Shown: positions 10,130-19,798, counted from the stretch's first letter. The stretch is DNA of 64,000 nucleotides from an uncultured Planctomycetales bacterium (GCA_964645795.1 CAZYCL010000003.1:101771-165770), one strand, 5' to 3'. A program made the numbers and translations. The notes: generated by a model from the letters alone, not told the origin.

Positions 10130-11046
10130 AGATATCGGTTATCGGAGCCGGAAACGTGGGCAGCCTGGCAGCGATGCGCATAAACCAGGAGTCGCTGGGC
10201 GAGGTTGTGCTGATCGACGTGGTCAAAGGCCTTGCCGCGGGCAAAGCCATGGATATCGAGGACTCACGCGTGCTCGTAAAGGCGGGCCCTGCGGTCAAAG
10301 GCAGCGACGACATTTGCCGGGCGAGCGATTCGGATATCGTAGTCATAACCGCGGGTCTGGCCAGGAAGCCCGGGATGACCAGGGAAGAGCTGCAGAATAA
10401 GAATGCCGCTATTCTTAAGGATATATGCCATAGCATCAAAAAGCTTGCGCCTGAATCGATTGTGGTGGTAGTTACCAATCCCCTCGATATAATGACATAC
10501 TACGCCCTAAAGCTTACCGGTTTTAAACCTAATAAGCTGTTCGGCATGGGCATCAGCCTTGATAGCGCCAGGTTCGCTAATATGATCAGCAACGAGCTTG
10601 GCGTATCCCCTTTAGATGTAGAGGCGCTCGTCTTGGGCAGCCACGGGGAAGGGATGCTTCCTATGGCAAGATTAAGCCGCTTAAGGGGAGTATCTTTGGA
10701 CAAGCTTATCGATAGCCAAAAGTTGGAGGAGCTGGCGCAAAGGACGGTAAACAGAGGGGCCGAGATCGTCTCGCTCCTTGGCAGCGGTAGCGCCTTTTTT
10801 GCCCCCTCGGCAGCCATTGCCGCCATCGTAAGGGCGCTGGCAAAAGACGAAAAACGCATTATCGGCGTATGCGCCGCGCTAAACGGCGAATACGGGATTA
10901 AAGACTCCTGCATCGGCGTCCCTTGCCGGCTGGGGGCTTGCGGAATAGAGCAGATAATCGAGCTTGAATTAACAGATCAAGAAACCGGGATTCTGGCTGC
11001 CTGTGCCGATTCGGTACGGCAGCGAGCCAGCCAACTGCCATACTAG
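10126..11046 (+). CDS. mdh: Malate dehydrogenase (LDH-like MDH family)
   Basis: 306 aa, [13 protein letters not shown] Rossmann N-terminus. The substrate motif [16 protein letters not shown] carries Arg, which is MDH-type (LDH has Gln). Confidence 0.85.
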   Translation: MKISVIGAGNVGSLAAMRINQESLGEVVLIDVVKGLAAGKAMDIEDSRVLVKAGPAVKGSDDICRASDSDIVVITAGLARKPGMTREELQNKNAAILKDICHSIKKLAPESIVVVVTNPLDIMTYYALKLTGFKPNKLFGMGISLDSARFANMISNELGVSPLDVEALVLGSHGEGMLPMARLSRLRGVSLDKLIDSQKLEELAQRTVNRGAEIVSLLGSGSAFFAPSAAIAAIVRALAKDEKRIIGVCAALNGEYGIKDSCIGVPCRLGACGIEQIIELELTDQETGILAACADSVRQRASQLPY

Positions 11047-11048
11047 AG

Positions 11049-12344
11049 ATGTACGATCTTACGGTCATCGGCGCCGGATGGGCAGGTATTAACGCCTGTT
11101 TAAGCGCAAAGCAGCGCGGCAAAAAAACCTGCCTTATTGAATGCTCCCTGCTGGGAGGCGTCTGCCTTAACCGCGGATGCATCCCCACCAAAAGCCTGAT
11201 ACATTGCGCGAAGCTTTACTCCCTGAGCAAAAAGGCACAAATTTTCGGCATCGACTCTCCGGACCCCGGCCTTAATTTTCTGAAGGTCCAGGAGAGAAAG
11301 GATAAAGTTATCCAGGGTTTAAGAAGGGGGTTGGAGACCGTGCTTAAAGGGGTGGATATCGTAAACGGCTATGCCCGTATAACCGGACCCCACCAGGTGC
11401 GCGTAGGCGAAAAACATATTGAATCCAAGCTCGTCCTCATTGCCACCGGTTCCAGCCCGGCAGAGCTTGATGGCCTTAAATTCGACGGCAAAAAGGTCCT
11501 TACCAGCGACCAGATGCTTGAGTGCCGCACGATTGCCGATCCCCTGTTGATCGTAGGCGCAGGGGTGCTTGGCTGCGAGTTCGCGTCCCTGTTCGCTAAT
11601 TTCGGCTCAAAGGTTACTCTCGTAGAGAAAATGCCGGCCATCCTGCCGGGCGAGGACGCCGAAGTTTCCAGAAAACTGGAAACGATTTTTAAAAAAAGAG
11701 GTATCGATGTGCGCACCTCTTTTGACGCAACGGCTCTTGACCTCAATAAGTATCAGGCAGTATTGGTTGCCGTCGGTAGAAGCGCCTATTACGCGGGGCT
11801 GGGGATTGATGAGCTTGGCCTGGATTGCGATGAAAAAGGCATCAAGGTAGACGACGGCCTTAAAACCAGCATCGACGGTATCTACGCTGCCGGCGACTGT
11901 ACGGGCAGATTGATGCTGGCGCATTTTGCCTCTTATCAGGGAAGGCTTGCGGTCAAAAGCATGTTCGAGCCGCAATTTGCGGCCAACGCCTCAGCGCTCA
12001 TCCCAAATTGCATATTCACTGAGCCCGAGGTGGCAAGCATCGGTTTTAGCGAGCAAGCGGCAGCGCAAAAAGGCCTGGATTATGTATCGGGAAGATTTGA
12101 TTTCAGGGCCAGCGGCATGGCCAATATTCTGGACGAAACCGATGGTTTCATCAAGCTCATTTGGGACGGCAAGAGCGGCAAGCTCTTGGGCGGACACATC
12201 ATCGGCCCAAGGGCAACGGAGCTTATCGGCATACTGACCCTGGCGCTGCAATCAAGCATGAGCATATCCCAAATAAGGGCCGTTATTTTTGCTCATCCTA
12301 CTCTTTCCGAGTCGATCAGCGAATGCTGGCAAGCCGGAGGATAG
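11049..12344 (+). CDS. lpdA: Dihydrolipoamide dehydrogenase (E3) / pyridine nucleotide-disulfide oxidoreductase
   Basis: 431 aa. It has the redox-active disulfide GGVCLNRGCIPTK and the C-terminal HAHPTLSE His-Glu motif. It is shorter than typical E3 enzymes. Confidence 0.8.
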   Translation: MYDLTVIGAGWAGINACLSAKQRGKKTCLIECSLLGGVCLNRGCIPTKSLIHCAKLYSLSKKAQIFGIDSPDPGLNFLKVQERKDKVIQGLRRGLETVLKGVDIVNGYARITGPHQVRVGEKHIESKLVLIATGSSPAELDGLKFDGKKVLTSDQMLECRTIADPLLIVGAGVLGCEFASLFANFGSKVTLVEKMPAILPGEDAEVSRKLETIFKKRGIDVRTSFDATALDLNKYQAVLVAVGRSAYYAGLGIDELGLDCDEKGIKVDDGLKTSIDGIYAAGDCTGRLMLAHFASYQGRLAVKSMFEPQFAANASALIPNCIFTEPEVASIGFSEQAAAQKGLDYVSGRFDFRASGMANILDETDGFIKLIWDGKSGKLLGGHIIGPRATELIGILTLALQSSMSISQIRAVIFAHPTLSESISECWQAGG

Positions 12345-12346
12345 AT

Positions 12347-12586
12347 ATGGCACAGATCAACCTGCCCGAACTAGGGGAAGGCATAAATAAAGCGACGGTG
12401 ACCTACTGGTTTGCCAAGCCAGGCGACAGGGTAAACCAAAACGATGAGCTGGTGGAGTTGGCAACCGATAAAGCTACCTTTAACCTCCCGTCGCCGGTCA
12501 GCGGAAAACTGCGCGAAATAATCGCGCAGGAAGGGGCCCTGGTCCTGCAAGGGGAGCCCTTATGCGTGATCGATGACGATAAATAG
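12347..12586 (+). CDS. Stand-alone lipoyl/biotinyl attachment domain protein (79 aa)
   Basis: Start re-assigned to the ATG at 12347, in frame with the track ORF 12161-12586; the upstream part overlaps lpdA. It has the lipoyl-lysine motif ELATDKATFNLPSPVSGKL. No E1 or E2 genes are nearby. Confidence 0.7.
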   Translation: MAQINLPELGEGINKATVTYWFAKPGDRVNQNDELVELATDKATFNLPSPVSGKLREIIAQEGALVLQGEPLCVIDDDK

Positions 12587-12612
12587 TTACGATTGATTTT
12601 TCCCTTCCTATA

Positions 12613-12655
12613 TATATAATTATATTTGGTTGTGCCTGGTTCTATATAATTATAC
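12613..12655. promoter_or_regulatory. Two exact copies of the palindrome-containing 12-mer TATATAATTATA (12613-12624 and 12644-12655). Putative operator / -10 region for the HTH-HD-GYP operon
   Basis: Exact 12-mer direct repeat, each containing the perfect 10-bp palindrome TATAATTATA, with a 31-bp centre-to-centre spacing (about three helical turns) in the AT-rich gap upstream of 12671. Confidence 0.45.
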
Positions 12656-12670
12656 GCACCTTAACCACCC

Positions 12671-12889
12671 ATGATCAGAGAAAAAGAGATCCTTACGGCA
12701 AAAGAGGTGGCCGAGTATTTAAGCATACACCCTTTTACTGTGCATAGGTACGCCAGGGAAGGCAAGATCCCGGCGTTTAAGATAGGTTCCGACTGGAGGT
12801 TTCATAAAAAGTTTATCGACCGCTGGATCCGGGAGAAGTCATCAGTGCCTTTTTGCCGCAAAGGCAAAGACAGGCTAGAGCTGGGATAG
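12671..12889 (+). CDS. Excisionase-family helix-turn-helix DNA-binding protein
   Basis: 72 aa matching the HTH_17 (excisionase/MerR-like) pattern: LTAKEVAEYLSIHPFTVHRYAREGKIPAFKIGSDWRF. Confidence 0.75.
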   Translation: MIREKEILTAKEVAEYLSIHPFTVHRYAREGKIPAFKIGSDWRFHKKFIDRWIREKSSVPFCRKGKDRLELG

Positions 12890-12892
12890 GTT

Positions 12893-14059
12893 ATGGCCAT
12901 TAACTACAAGAAGGAGCTGGAAAACGCCGCCAAGAACATGATCCTGGTCCATGAGCCGGAGGCCTTGATCAAAATGATCGTGCATAGGATCGTGCAGAAA
13001 GTCGGGGTCTGCTACGCCGCCATACTTTTACACGATAAGGCCGGCCTTGCTTACAGGCTGACGACCTCAAAGCTTCCCTCCCAGGCCAAGGTACCCGCAG
13101 GTTTTATCCGCATGAAGGAATCGAGCCCCCTTATAAGGTTTTTTCGTTCGCACAAGGACAAAGAGCTGCTTAACTCCGGCATACTTACCTACAAAAATCT
13201 TCGTCGCGCTCTTGAAAAAAAAGGCATCAGCCCCTATTTAAACAGGCTTCTTGCTAAGGTCGCTTTAAGCATGGAATCATTCGGGGTCGATGTGTGTATC
13301 CCGGGCTATTTCCGGGGGGAGCTTATAGGTATACTTCTGTTGGGAAGAAAGAAGAACGGCAGGGATTTCGACACTCATGAAAGGGATTTCTTCATGGCTA
13401 TAACTAACGACGTAGTTATGGCTATCCGTAATGCCCAGCTGTTCAATGACCTTGAGCAGGAGCTCGATAAGAAACAGAAGCTTTTTATCAACACAACCAT
13501 CGCCCTTGCCGCGGCGATCGACGCCAAGGACCATTATACCCACGGTCATACCGCTCGCGTGACGAATTTAAGCCTGGCTATCGCTAAGCACTTGATTAAA
13601 AGCAACAACAACGGCCTTAACGGCAGATTTCTTGACCAGCTGCATATCGCCGCGCTCCTCCATGATATCGGCAAGATCGGCATACCCGAAGCGATACTGA
13701 ATAAAGACGGTCCGCTGACGCAGGAGGAGAGCAGGTTGATACAGGAGCATCCTAACATCGGCGCTAATATCCTTCAGCCGATAAGGGAACTGGAAGAGGC
13801 GATCATGGGGGTCAAGTATCATCATGAGTATTACGACGGCTCCGGTTACCCCCATGGCCTCAAAGGCAATAAGATCCCGCTGATTGCCGCGATCATATCG
13901 GTTGCCGATGTGTTTGACGCCATGACCACGGACAGGCCTTACAGAAACAGGCTTACCAAAGAGGAGGCCATAAGGGAGATCAAGCGAGTAAGTAAACGCC
14001 AGCTTAACCCCCGCATAGTTTCGGCGCTGGTGAAGATCTACGAAGAAGGGGGGATATAG
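12893..14059 (+). CDS. GAF-domain HD-GYP phosphodiesterase (c-di-GMP hydrolase family)
   Basis: 388 aa with an N-terminal GAF-like region. The HD domain has HDIGKIGIP and the HD-GYP signature HHEYYDGSGYP. Confidence 0.85.
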   Translation: MAINYKKELENAAKNMILVHEPEALIKMIVHRIVQKVGVCYAAILLHDKAGLAYRLTTSKLPSQAKVPAGFIRMKESSPLIRFFRSHKDKELLNSGILTYKNLRRALEKKGISPYLNRLLAKVALSMESFGVDVCIPGYFRGELIGILLLGRKKNGRDFDTHERDFFMAITNDVVMAIRNAQLFNDLEQELDKKQKLFINTTIALAAAIDAKDHYTHGHTARVTNLSLAIAKHLIKSNNNGLNGRFLDQLHIAALLHDIGKIGIPEAILNKDGPLTQEESRLIQEHPNIGANILQPIRELEEAIMGVKYHHEYYDGSGYPHGLKGNKIPLIAAIISVADVFDAMTTDRPYRNRLTKEEAIREIKRVSKRQLNPRIVSALVKIYEEGGI

Positions 14060-15175
14060 TTGAGACCTAAACGCATAATCCTCATGTATATCTCGGAGGT
14101 ATCCGGCCATCACAGCGCGACACTGGCCATCGAAAAGGCGATAAAAGAACTGTCTGCCGCCAGCGAAATACTCAATATCAACTCTTTTAATTATACTAAT
14201 CCCATCTCCGAGAAGATCGTCAACAAGATTTATATGGGGGTGATAAAACGCGCCCCAAAAATATGGGATTATCTTTATGACAATCAGAAGGTGGTCAAGG
14301 GGATAGAAAAACTGAAGAAAACAGTGCATAAGTTCAATTCACCGAAGTTCAAGGCCCTTTTCGACAGATTCAGGCCGGACGCGGTAGTCTGCGCGCAGGC
14401 TTATCCCTGCGGAATGGTGGCGGATTATAAAAAAACCTATAACTCGCAAATACCCCTTATCGCCGTCCTTACCGATTACGTCCCGCACTCCTATTGGATT
14501 TACGATAACATCGATTATTATATAACCCCTTCCGAGACGGTCTCCGCAAGATTGGCCAATAAGGGTGTTGCCAGGGCCAAGATCAGGGCGCTGGGCATAC
14601 CTTTCGATCCGGATTTCAGCAGGGATATGGACAAAGGCCTGATAAAAAAGAAACTCGGCCTGTCCGCAGATAAGCCGGTAGTCCTGATAATGGGCGGCGG
14701 TCAGGGCCTCGGGCCCATAAAAAGCGTGGTCAATTCCCTGGAGGGCCTTCCTTTTGATATACAGGAGCTGATCGTCACCGGTACGAACGCCAAATTATAC
14801 AAATCCCTCAAAAAACGCATCAAGCGGCTCAAAAACCAGGTAAAGCTATACAGGTATGTGAACAACATCAACGAGATGATGACCGCCTCGGATTTATTGA
14901 TCTCTAAACCCGGGGGGGTTACGACCGCAGAGGCGCTGGCAAAGGATTTACCCATGATCATCGTTAAGCCCATACCCGGGCAGGAAGCCAATAATACCGC
15001 CTATCTTACCGAGAGCGGCGCTGCGATCAAGATCGACGATCCGCGGCAAATACATGCGACCGTCAGGGCTCTTTTAAGCGACCCGCTGGAGCTTGAGAAG
15101 TTCAAGGAGGGCTGCCGCAAAATAAAAAAGCCGAACGCCAGCATTGATATAGCTTCTCTTATACTGGGGCTTTAA
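14060..15175 (+). CDS. MGDG-synthase-like / processive diacylglycerol glycosyltransferase (GT28 family)
   Basis: 371 aa with an N-terminal MGDG_synth-like region (SEVSGHHSATLAIEKAI) and a GT28 C-terminal half (MGGGQGLGP...PGG.TTAEAL). Confidence 0.7.
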   Translation: MRPKRIILMYISEVSGHHSATLAIEKAIKELSAASEILNINSFNYTNPISEKIVNKIYMGVIKRAPKIWDYLYDNQKVVKGIEKLKKTVHKFNSPKFKALFDRFRPDAVVCAQAYPCGMVADYKKTYNSQIPLIAVLTDYVPHSYWIYDNIDYYITPSETVSARLANKGVARAKIRALGIPFDPDFSRDMDKGLIKKKLGLSADKPVVLIMGGGQGLGPIKSVVNSLEGLPFDIQELIVTGTNAKLYKSLKKRIKRLKNQVKLYRYVNNINEMMTASDLLISKPGGVTTAEALAKDLPMIIVKPIPGQEANNTAYLTESGAAIKIDDPRQIHATVRALLSDPLELEKFKEGCRKIKKPNASIDIASLILGL

Positions 15176-15180
15176 GCAGC

Positions 15181-16038
15181 ATGGTTAACTACTGTCTTTA
15201 CAGGCTTGGTCAGTTGATAGCCCTGGCACTTCCTTTGAAGTTAGGCTATAGGCTGGCAGTATTGATATCGGACCTGCATTATTTTTGGGCGCTGGCCGAC
15301 CGCAGGGCCGTTACCGGGAACTTGCGGGCGATATTCCCGGATAAGAGCGCCGAATGCATCGAGCGCATACAGGTATCGATGTTCCGTAACTTCGCTAAGT
15401 ACCTTGTGGATTTCTTCCGTTTTGAGAAGATCGACCGCGATTACATCAAGAAGTACGTTACAGTAGAAAACAGGAAGTATTTAGACCAGGCAAGGCTTGA
15501 AGGTAAGCCCGCGATACTATTGACCGCCCATTTGGGTAACTGGGAATTGGGAGGAGTGGTGGTTTCCCTGTCGGGTTATCCCCTTTACGCCGTAGCCCTG
15601 CCGCATAAGGACAGGAGGGTGAATAGCTTCTTCAACGCTCAAAGAGAGCGCTGCGGCCTTAACGTTATCCCCATTGCCGATGCGGTAAAGCAGAGCCTGC
15701 AGGTATTAAAAAAAGGTCAAATGCTTGCCCTGGTTGGTGACCGCAACTTCAAGGAGAACGGCCGGCTTACAAGCTTTTTTGGGAAAAAAGCGTATTTCCC
15801 CGAAGGGCCGGCGATGTTCAGCTTGAGGACGCAGGCCCTGATAATCCCGGGTTTTATGGTCCGTAATCAAGACGATACTTTTACTTTACGTTTTGAAGCG
15901 CCTCTTTCTGTGCGCAACAGCGGTAATACCGATATCGACGCAGGCTTTATCATCGAGCAATATAAGGAGATTTTTGAAAATTATATCAGGAAGTATCCGG
16001 ATCAATGGTATATGTTCAGGAGATTCTGGCAGCAATGA
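15181..16038 (+). CDS. LpxL/HtrB-family lipid A (Kdo2-lipid IVA) late acyltransferase-like protein
   Basis: 285 aa with the HX4D/E acyltransferase motif in TAHLGNWELGG and an N-terminal membrane anchor. Confidence 0.7.
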   Translation: MVNYCLYRLGQLIALALPLKLGYRLAVLISDLHYFWALADRRAVTGNLRAIFPDKSAECIERIQVSMFRNFAKYLVDFFRFEKIDRDYIKKYVTVENRKYLDQARLEGKPAILLTAHLGNWELGGVVVSLSGYPLYAVALPHKDRRVNSFFNAQRERCGLNVIPIADAVKQSLQVLKKGQMLALVGDRNFKENGRLTSFFGKKAYFPEGPAMFSLRTQALIIPGFMVRNQDDTFTLRFEAPLSVRNSGNTDIDAGFIIEQYKEIFENYIRKYPDQWYMFRRFWQQ

Positions 16039-16709
16039 AGACCTGTGTCGTGATACCTGCCCATAATGAAGAGGCGACTATCGGAGAGCTTGTGCAAAAA
16101 ATAAAGAGTGTATCGTCTCTGGAGGTGGTAGTCATCGATGACGGCTCGACTGATGCGACATCCGGCTGCGCCCGCCATGGCGGCGCCGCTGTATTAAGAA
16201 ACCCTTCCAACCGCGGCAAAGGGGCGTCCCTTGTCCAGGGTTTTGATTATTGCCTGAATAACGGTATCGAGGCGGTGATCACCATGGATGCGGACGGCCA
16301 GCATCTTGCGGAAGACATCCCTGCTTTTTTACGGTGTGCCGGTTCATCAGAGGCCGGCATATTTATCGGCAACAGGATGTCCGAAACGGGTTCCATGCCG
16401 TGGCTGCGCTTCTTGACAAATAAGCTCATGTCAGGGTTGATCTCGGCGATAACCGGCCAGAGGATACCAGACAGCCAATGCGGTTTCCGTATGATCAAAA
16501 GGAAAGTGCTTGAGAAAGTGGAGCTTAAGACGCGCCGTTACGAGACCGAATCAGAGCTTCTGATCAAGGCTTGCGCTTACGGTTTCGGCGTCGAATCCGT
16601 CCCGATAAAAACAGTCTATAACCAGGAGAGAAGCCATATTAATCCTTTAATCGACAGCCTGAGGTTCATCAGATTTATCTGCGGATATTTATGGAATTCG
16701 AATCATTGA
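16035..16709 (+). CDS. Family 2 glycosyltransferase, polyprenol-phosphate sugar synthase-like (DPM1/ArnC/GtrB-type)
   Basis: Start moved to the ATG at 16035 (MKTCVVIPAHNEE...), giving an ATGA overlap with the upstream stop. It has the GT-A DxD motif (VIDDGSTD). The track ORF's 16005 start would overlap by 34 nt. Confidence 0.75.
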   Translation: MKTCVVIPAHNEEATIGELVQKIKSVSSLEVVVIDDGSTDATSGCARHGGAAVLRNPSNRGKGASLVQGFDYCLNNGIEAVITMDADGQHLAEDIPAFLRCAGSSEAGIFIGNRMSETGSMPWLRFLTNKLMSGLISAITGQRIPDSQCGFRMIKRKVLEKVELKTRRYETESELLIKACAYGFGVESVPIKTVYNQERSHINPLIDSLRFIRFICGYLWNSNH

Positions 16710-17332
16710 AGAAGCAGATGGTCCGTGAGCAGATCGAAAACCGCGGAATAAGCGAGCGCCGGGTCCTGGAGGCATTTCTTAAGGTCGACAGGCACGAGTT
16801 CATTCCAGAGGGGCTGCAAAAAGATGCCTACGCAGACTTTCCGGTTCCCATCGGAGACGGCCAAACCGCTTCACAACCCTACATCGTAGCACTGATGACT
16901 GAGCTTCTGAAGCTTAAGGGCGGCGAAAAAGTCCTTGAGGTCGGTTCGGGCAGCGGTTATCAGACCGCGATACTCCTGGCGCTTTCGGCACAGGTATTTT
17001 GCGTTGAAAGAATAGCCGGGCTTGCCGAAACCGCAGATTCAAACCTGAGGAGACTGGGATACTCAAACTATAGGCTTAGAGTCGGCGACGGGACGCTGGG
17101 CTGGGAGCAGATGGCGCCTTTTGACAGGATACTGGTAGCGGCAGCTTCAACGGAGGTGCCCGGGCCGCTCATCGAGCAGCTTAAAGACGGCGGGATCATG
17201 CTCATCCCTCTTGGCGATCATTTCGAACAGACGCTGACTGCGATCGAAAAAAAAGGCGCTGATACGCCCAGAAAAAGTATTTGCGGCTGCGTTTTTGTGC
17301 CCCTGGTCGGCAAATACGGTCATGGAGGATGA
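16691..17332 (+). CDS. pcm: Protein-L-isoaspartate O-methyltransferase
   Basis: 213 aa with the SAM-binding motif VLEVGSGSGYQTA and PIMT family motifs. Confidence 0.88.
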   Translation: MEFESLKKQMVREQIENRGISERRVLEAFLKVDRHEFIPEGLQKDAYADFPVPIGDGQTASQPYIVALMTELLKLKGGEKVLEVGSGSGYQTAILLALSAQVFCVERIAGLAETADSNLRRLGYSNYRLRVGDGTLGWEQMAPFDRILVAAASTEVPGPLIEQLKDGGIMLIPLGDHFEQTLTAIEKKGADTPRKSICGCVFVPLVGKYGHGG

Positions 17333-17832
17333 GCTTGATACATATTTATACGGGTGAAGGCAAAGGAAAGACGACCGCCGCCCTGGGGCTGGCTTTAAGG
17401 GCCAGTGGCGCAGGTCTTAAAGTATATATATGCCAGTTTGCCAAAGCTGCAAGGTGCAGCGAGCATATGGCGCTAAAAAAATTAAAGAACATAAAAGTAG
17501 AGCAGTTCGGCACAGGCGCTTTCATCAGAAAGCCGTCGAAAGCGCACAAGCAGCAGGCCGCAGCCGGATTTAACAGCTTTAGGCGTGCGCTTAAAAGTAA
17601 ATATGATATGATAATACTTGATGAGGTGTGCGTGGCGGTGAAGCTCGGCCTTATCGAAGCTGGCGCGCTGGCTGGCCTGCTAAGGAAAGTCCCCCCTTCC
17701 AAGGAAGTAGTGCTTACGGGAAGATGGGCCCATCCGGCGCTGATTAAATGCGCCCATCTTGTCAGCCGTATTAAGAAGATAAAGCATTACCATGACCGCG
17801 GGCTTAAGGCCAGAAAAGGGATAGAATACTGA
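17329..17832 (+). CDS. cobO: Cob(I)yrinic acid a,c-diamide / cob(I)alamin adenosyltransferase (CobO/BtuR/CobA family)
   Basis: Start at the ATG at 17329, in frame with the track ORF 17281 and in ATGA overlap with the pcm stop. The P-loop IHIYTGEGKGKTTAALGLALRA is typical of CobA/BtuR. Confidence 0.8.
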   Translation: MSLIHIYTGEGKGKTTAALGLALRASGAGLKVYICQFAKAARCSEHMALKKLKNIKVEQFGTGAFIRKPSKAHKQQAAAGFNSFRRALKSKYDMIILDEVCVAVKLGLIEAGALAGLLRKVPPSKEVVLTGRWAHPALIKCAHLVSRIKKIKHYHDRGLKARKGIEY

Positions 17833-17849
17833 AATTTCGGGACAGACGC

Positions 17850-19784
17850 ATGTTAGACTTTCGTTCGAAAATAAGGGAGCTGGGCAGAAGGCCTTATCTT
17901 GCTTACTTTATCGGCTGGTTTTTCGTTTATATGGTTATTGTCGGGCTGGCGGCCTCTTACAGCGGGATGAGGATCCGCGGCCGCCTCCTTGACCAGATCG
18001 ATGAGCAGCTCATGCTCACGGCCAAAAGCCTTAAATACATGCTTGCCGACGATTTCCACGACCGGGCAGTAAGCGAGAATTCGATCAGCTTTCAGGAAGA
18101 GATGAAGAACCGTAAAGCCCTTTCAGGGTTCGTCTCCGAGACCAATATCAGGTTTGTCTATACCCTTGCTGCCAAAGACGGCAAGTTTTACTTTTCCGCC
18201 CCTACGGTAACCGAAGAAGAGGCAAAGCAGCGCAAGTCATGGTATTTTTATCCCTATGATGACGCGCCTGCTTCATTCTGGCAGGCGCTTGAGAGCGGCA
18301 AGCCCACATTTGTAAGCTATTCGGACCAGTGGGGCAGATTCCGGTCGGTCGCGCTGCCGCAAAAGTCGCCTGGGGCAAGAGTATACCTGGCCTGCGCAGA
18401 TTACGATATCGGCGACATAAGTCAGACAATCGCAGCAGAGCAGATAAGGGTAATATTGACAGGCATGGTCCTTTTCCTGGCCAGCCTTCCTTTCCTGTTT
18501 CTCTACCGCCTTACTTACAGGTCCCATGCCGGCGAGCTCAGACGTAAGAACCAGGAGCTCCAGAATTATCAGGCCCATTTACAGGACCTGGTCGATGAAC
18601 GCACCAGAGAGCTTACGCTCGCAAAAGAGGAGGCAGAAGAGGCAAACCGCATGAAGTCAAGGCTGCTTTCGAGCATATCCCATGAGATCCGCACTCCGCT
18701 TCATGCCATTATCGCCTTCTCCGAGCTTATCATGCATACTTCGGCCGTTGAACAGATACAGGACCATATCAAAACGGTATTAAGCGAATCCAAAATATTG
18801 CTGCGCCTGTTAAACGACCTGCTGGATCTCACAAAGCTGGAAAGCGGCAGGCTTGATCTTAAGATAGACGAGTTAAACATCTACAGGCTATTGGAAGAAG
18901 TAAAGTGTTTTATGAGCCCGGTTGCCGAAGAAAAAGGGTTGTCGGTCATACTCTATGCCGACAGAAACCTTGATATCTGCGTCCTGGGAGACGCTTACAG
19001 ATTACGGCAGATACTTATGAACCTTATCGGAAACGCCATAAAGTTTACGGAAACCGGTTATGTGCGCGTGGATGCAAATCTCATCAAGGATTTGCCGGAT
19101 AAGATCGCGGTTGATTTCAAGGTCATTGATACCGGCATAGGTATAGAGCCGCAGAAAATAAGAAACGTATTCCAGGCTTTTTTTCAGATAGACGGGGGAA
19201 TCCAGAAGAAATACCGCGGGACAGGCCTGGGCAACAGCATCGTCAAGAACCTTGTAGAATTGATGGGCGGCCATATCGGCTGCAGCAGCGTTTTTGGAAA
19301 AGGTAGCACATTTTGGTTCGACCTGCCATTCAGCCGCTGCACTAAGCAGGTGCATTCCTGCGAACCGGAAACCGTCTGCCAGCAAGAGGCATTCGCAGGC
19401 GGATTCGAGGATTTTACGGGCAGCTTTCTGTTAGTAGAAGACAATGAAGTAAACCAAAGGGTGCTCCAGTTGCAGCTTAACTCGCTTAATCTAAACAATA
19501 TAACCGTTGCCGAGGACGGACTGGTGGCGCTGGATAAATGCAGAGAGAGAAAGTTTGATATAATGCTGGTAGATCTACATATGCCCAAAATGGACGGCTA
19601 CGAACTTTGTCAAAGGCTACGCCAGTTAAGCCAGCATTACGCCAGTATCCCTATTATCGCCATGACCGCGGACGCCGGGGAAGATGTTGTCAGTAAATGC
19701 AAGAGCTCGGGGTTTAGCGATATTATCTATAAGCCTTTCCAGATCAAAGAGATAAGTAATTTGTTCACAAGGATTTTGCGCTGA
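17850..19784 (+). CDS. Hybrid sensor histidine kinase / response regulator with a periplasmic sensor domain
   Basis: 644 aa. Two TM segments flank a ~165 aa periplasmic domain. It carries a HisKA H-box (SHEIRTPLHAI), HATPase_c motifs (N, G1 DTGIGI, G2 GTGLGNSIV) and a C-terminal REC (VDLHMPKMDG). Confidence 0.88.
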   Translation: MLDFRSKIRELGRRPYLAYFIGWFFVYMVIVGLAASYSGMRIRGRLLDQIDEQLMLTAKSLKYMLADDFHDRAVSENSISFQEEMKNRKALSGFVSETNIRFVYTLAAKDGKFYFSAPTVTEEEAKQRKSWYFYPYDDAPASFWQALESGKPTFVSYSDQWGRFRSVALPQKSPGARVYLACADYDIGDISQTIAAEQIRVILTGMVLFLASLPFLFLYRLTYRSHAGELRRKNQELQNYQAHLQDLVDERTRELTLAKEEAEEANRMKSRLLSSISHEIRTPLHAIIAFSELIMHTSAVEQIQDHIKTVLSESKILLRLLNDLLDLTKLESGRLDLKIDELNIYRLLEEVKCFMSPVAEEKGLSVILYADRNLDICVLGDAYRLRQILMNLIGNAIKFTETGYVRVDANLIKDLPDKIAVDFKVIDTGIGIEPQKIRNVFQAFFQIDGGIQKKYRGTGLGNSIVKNLVELMGGHIGCSSVFGKGSTFWFDLPFSRCTKQVHSCEPETVCQQEAFAGGFEDFTGSFLLVEDNEVNQRVLQLQLNSLNLNNITVAEDGLVALDKCRERKFDIMLVDLHMPKMDGYELCQRLRQLSQHYASIPIIAMTADAGEDVVSKCKSSGFSDIIYKPFQIKEISNLFTRILR

Positions 19785-19798
19785 TTTAGATACAGGTG

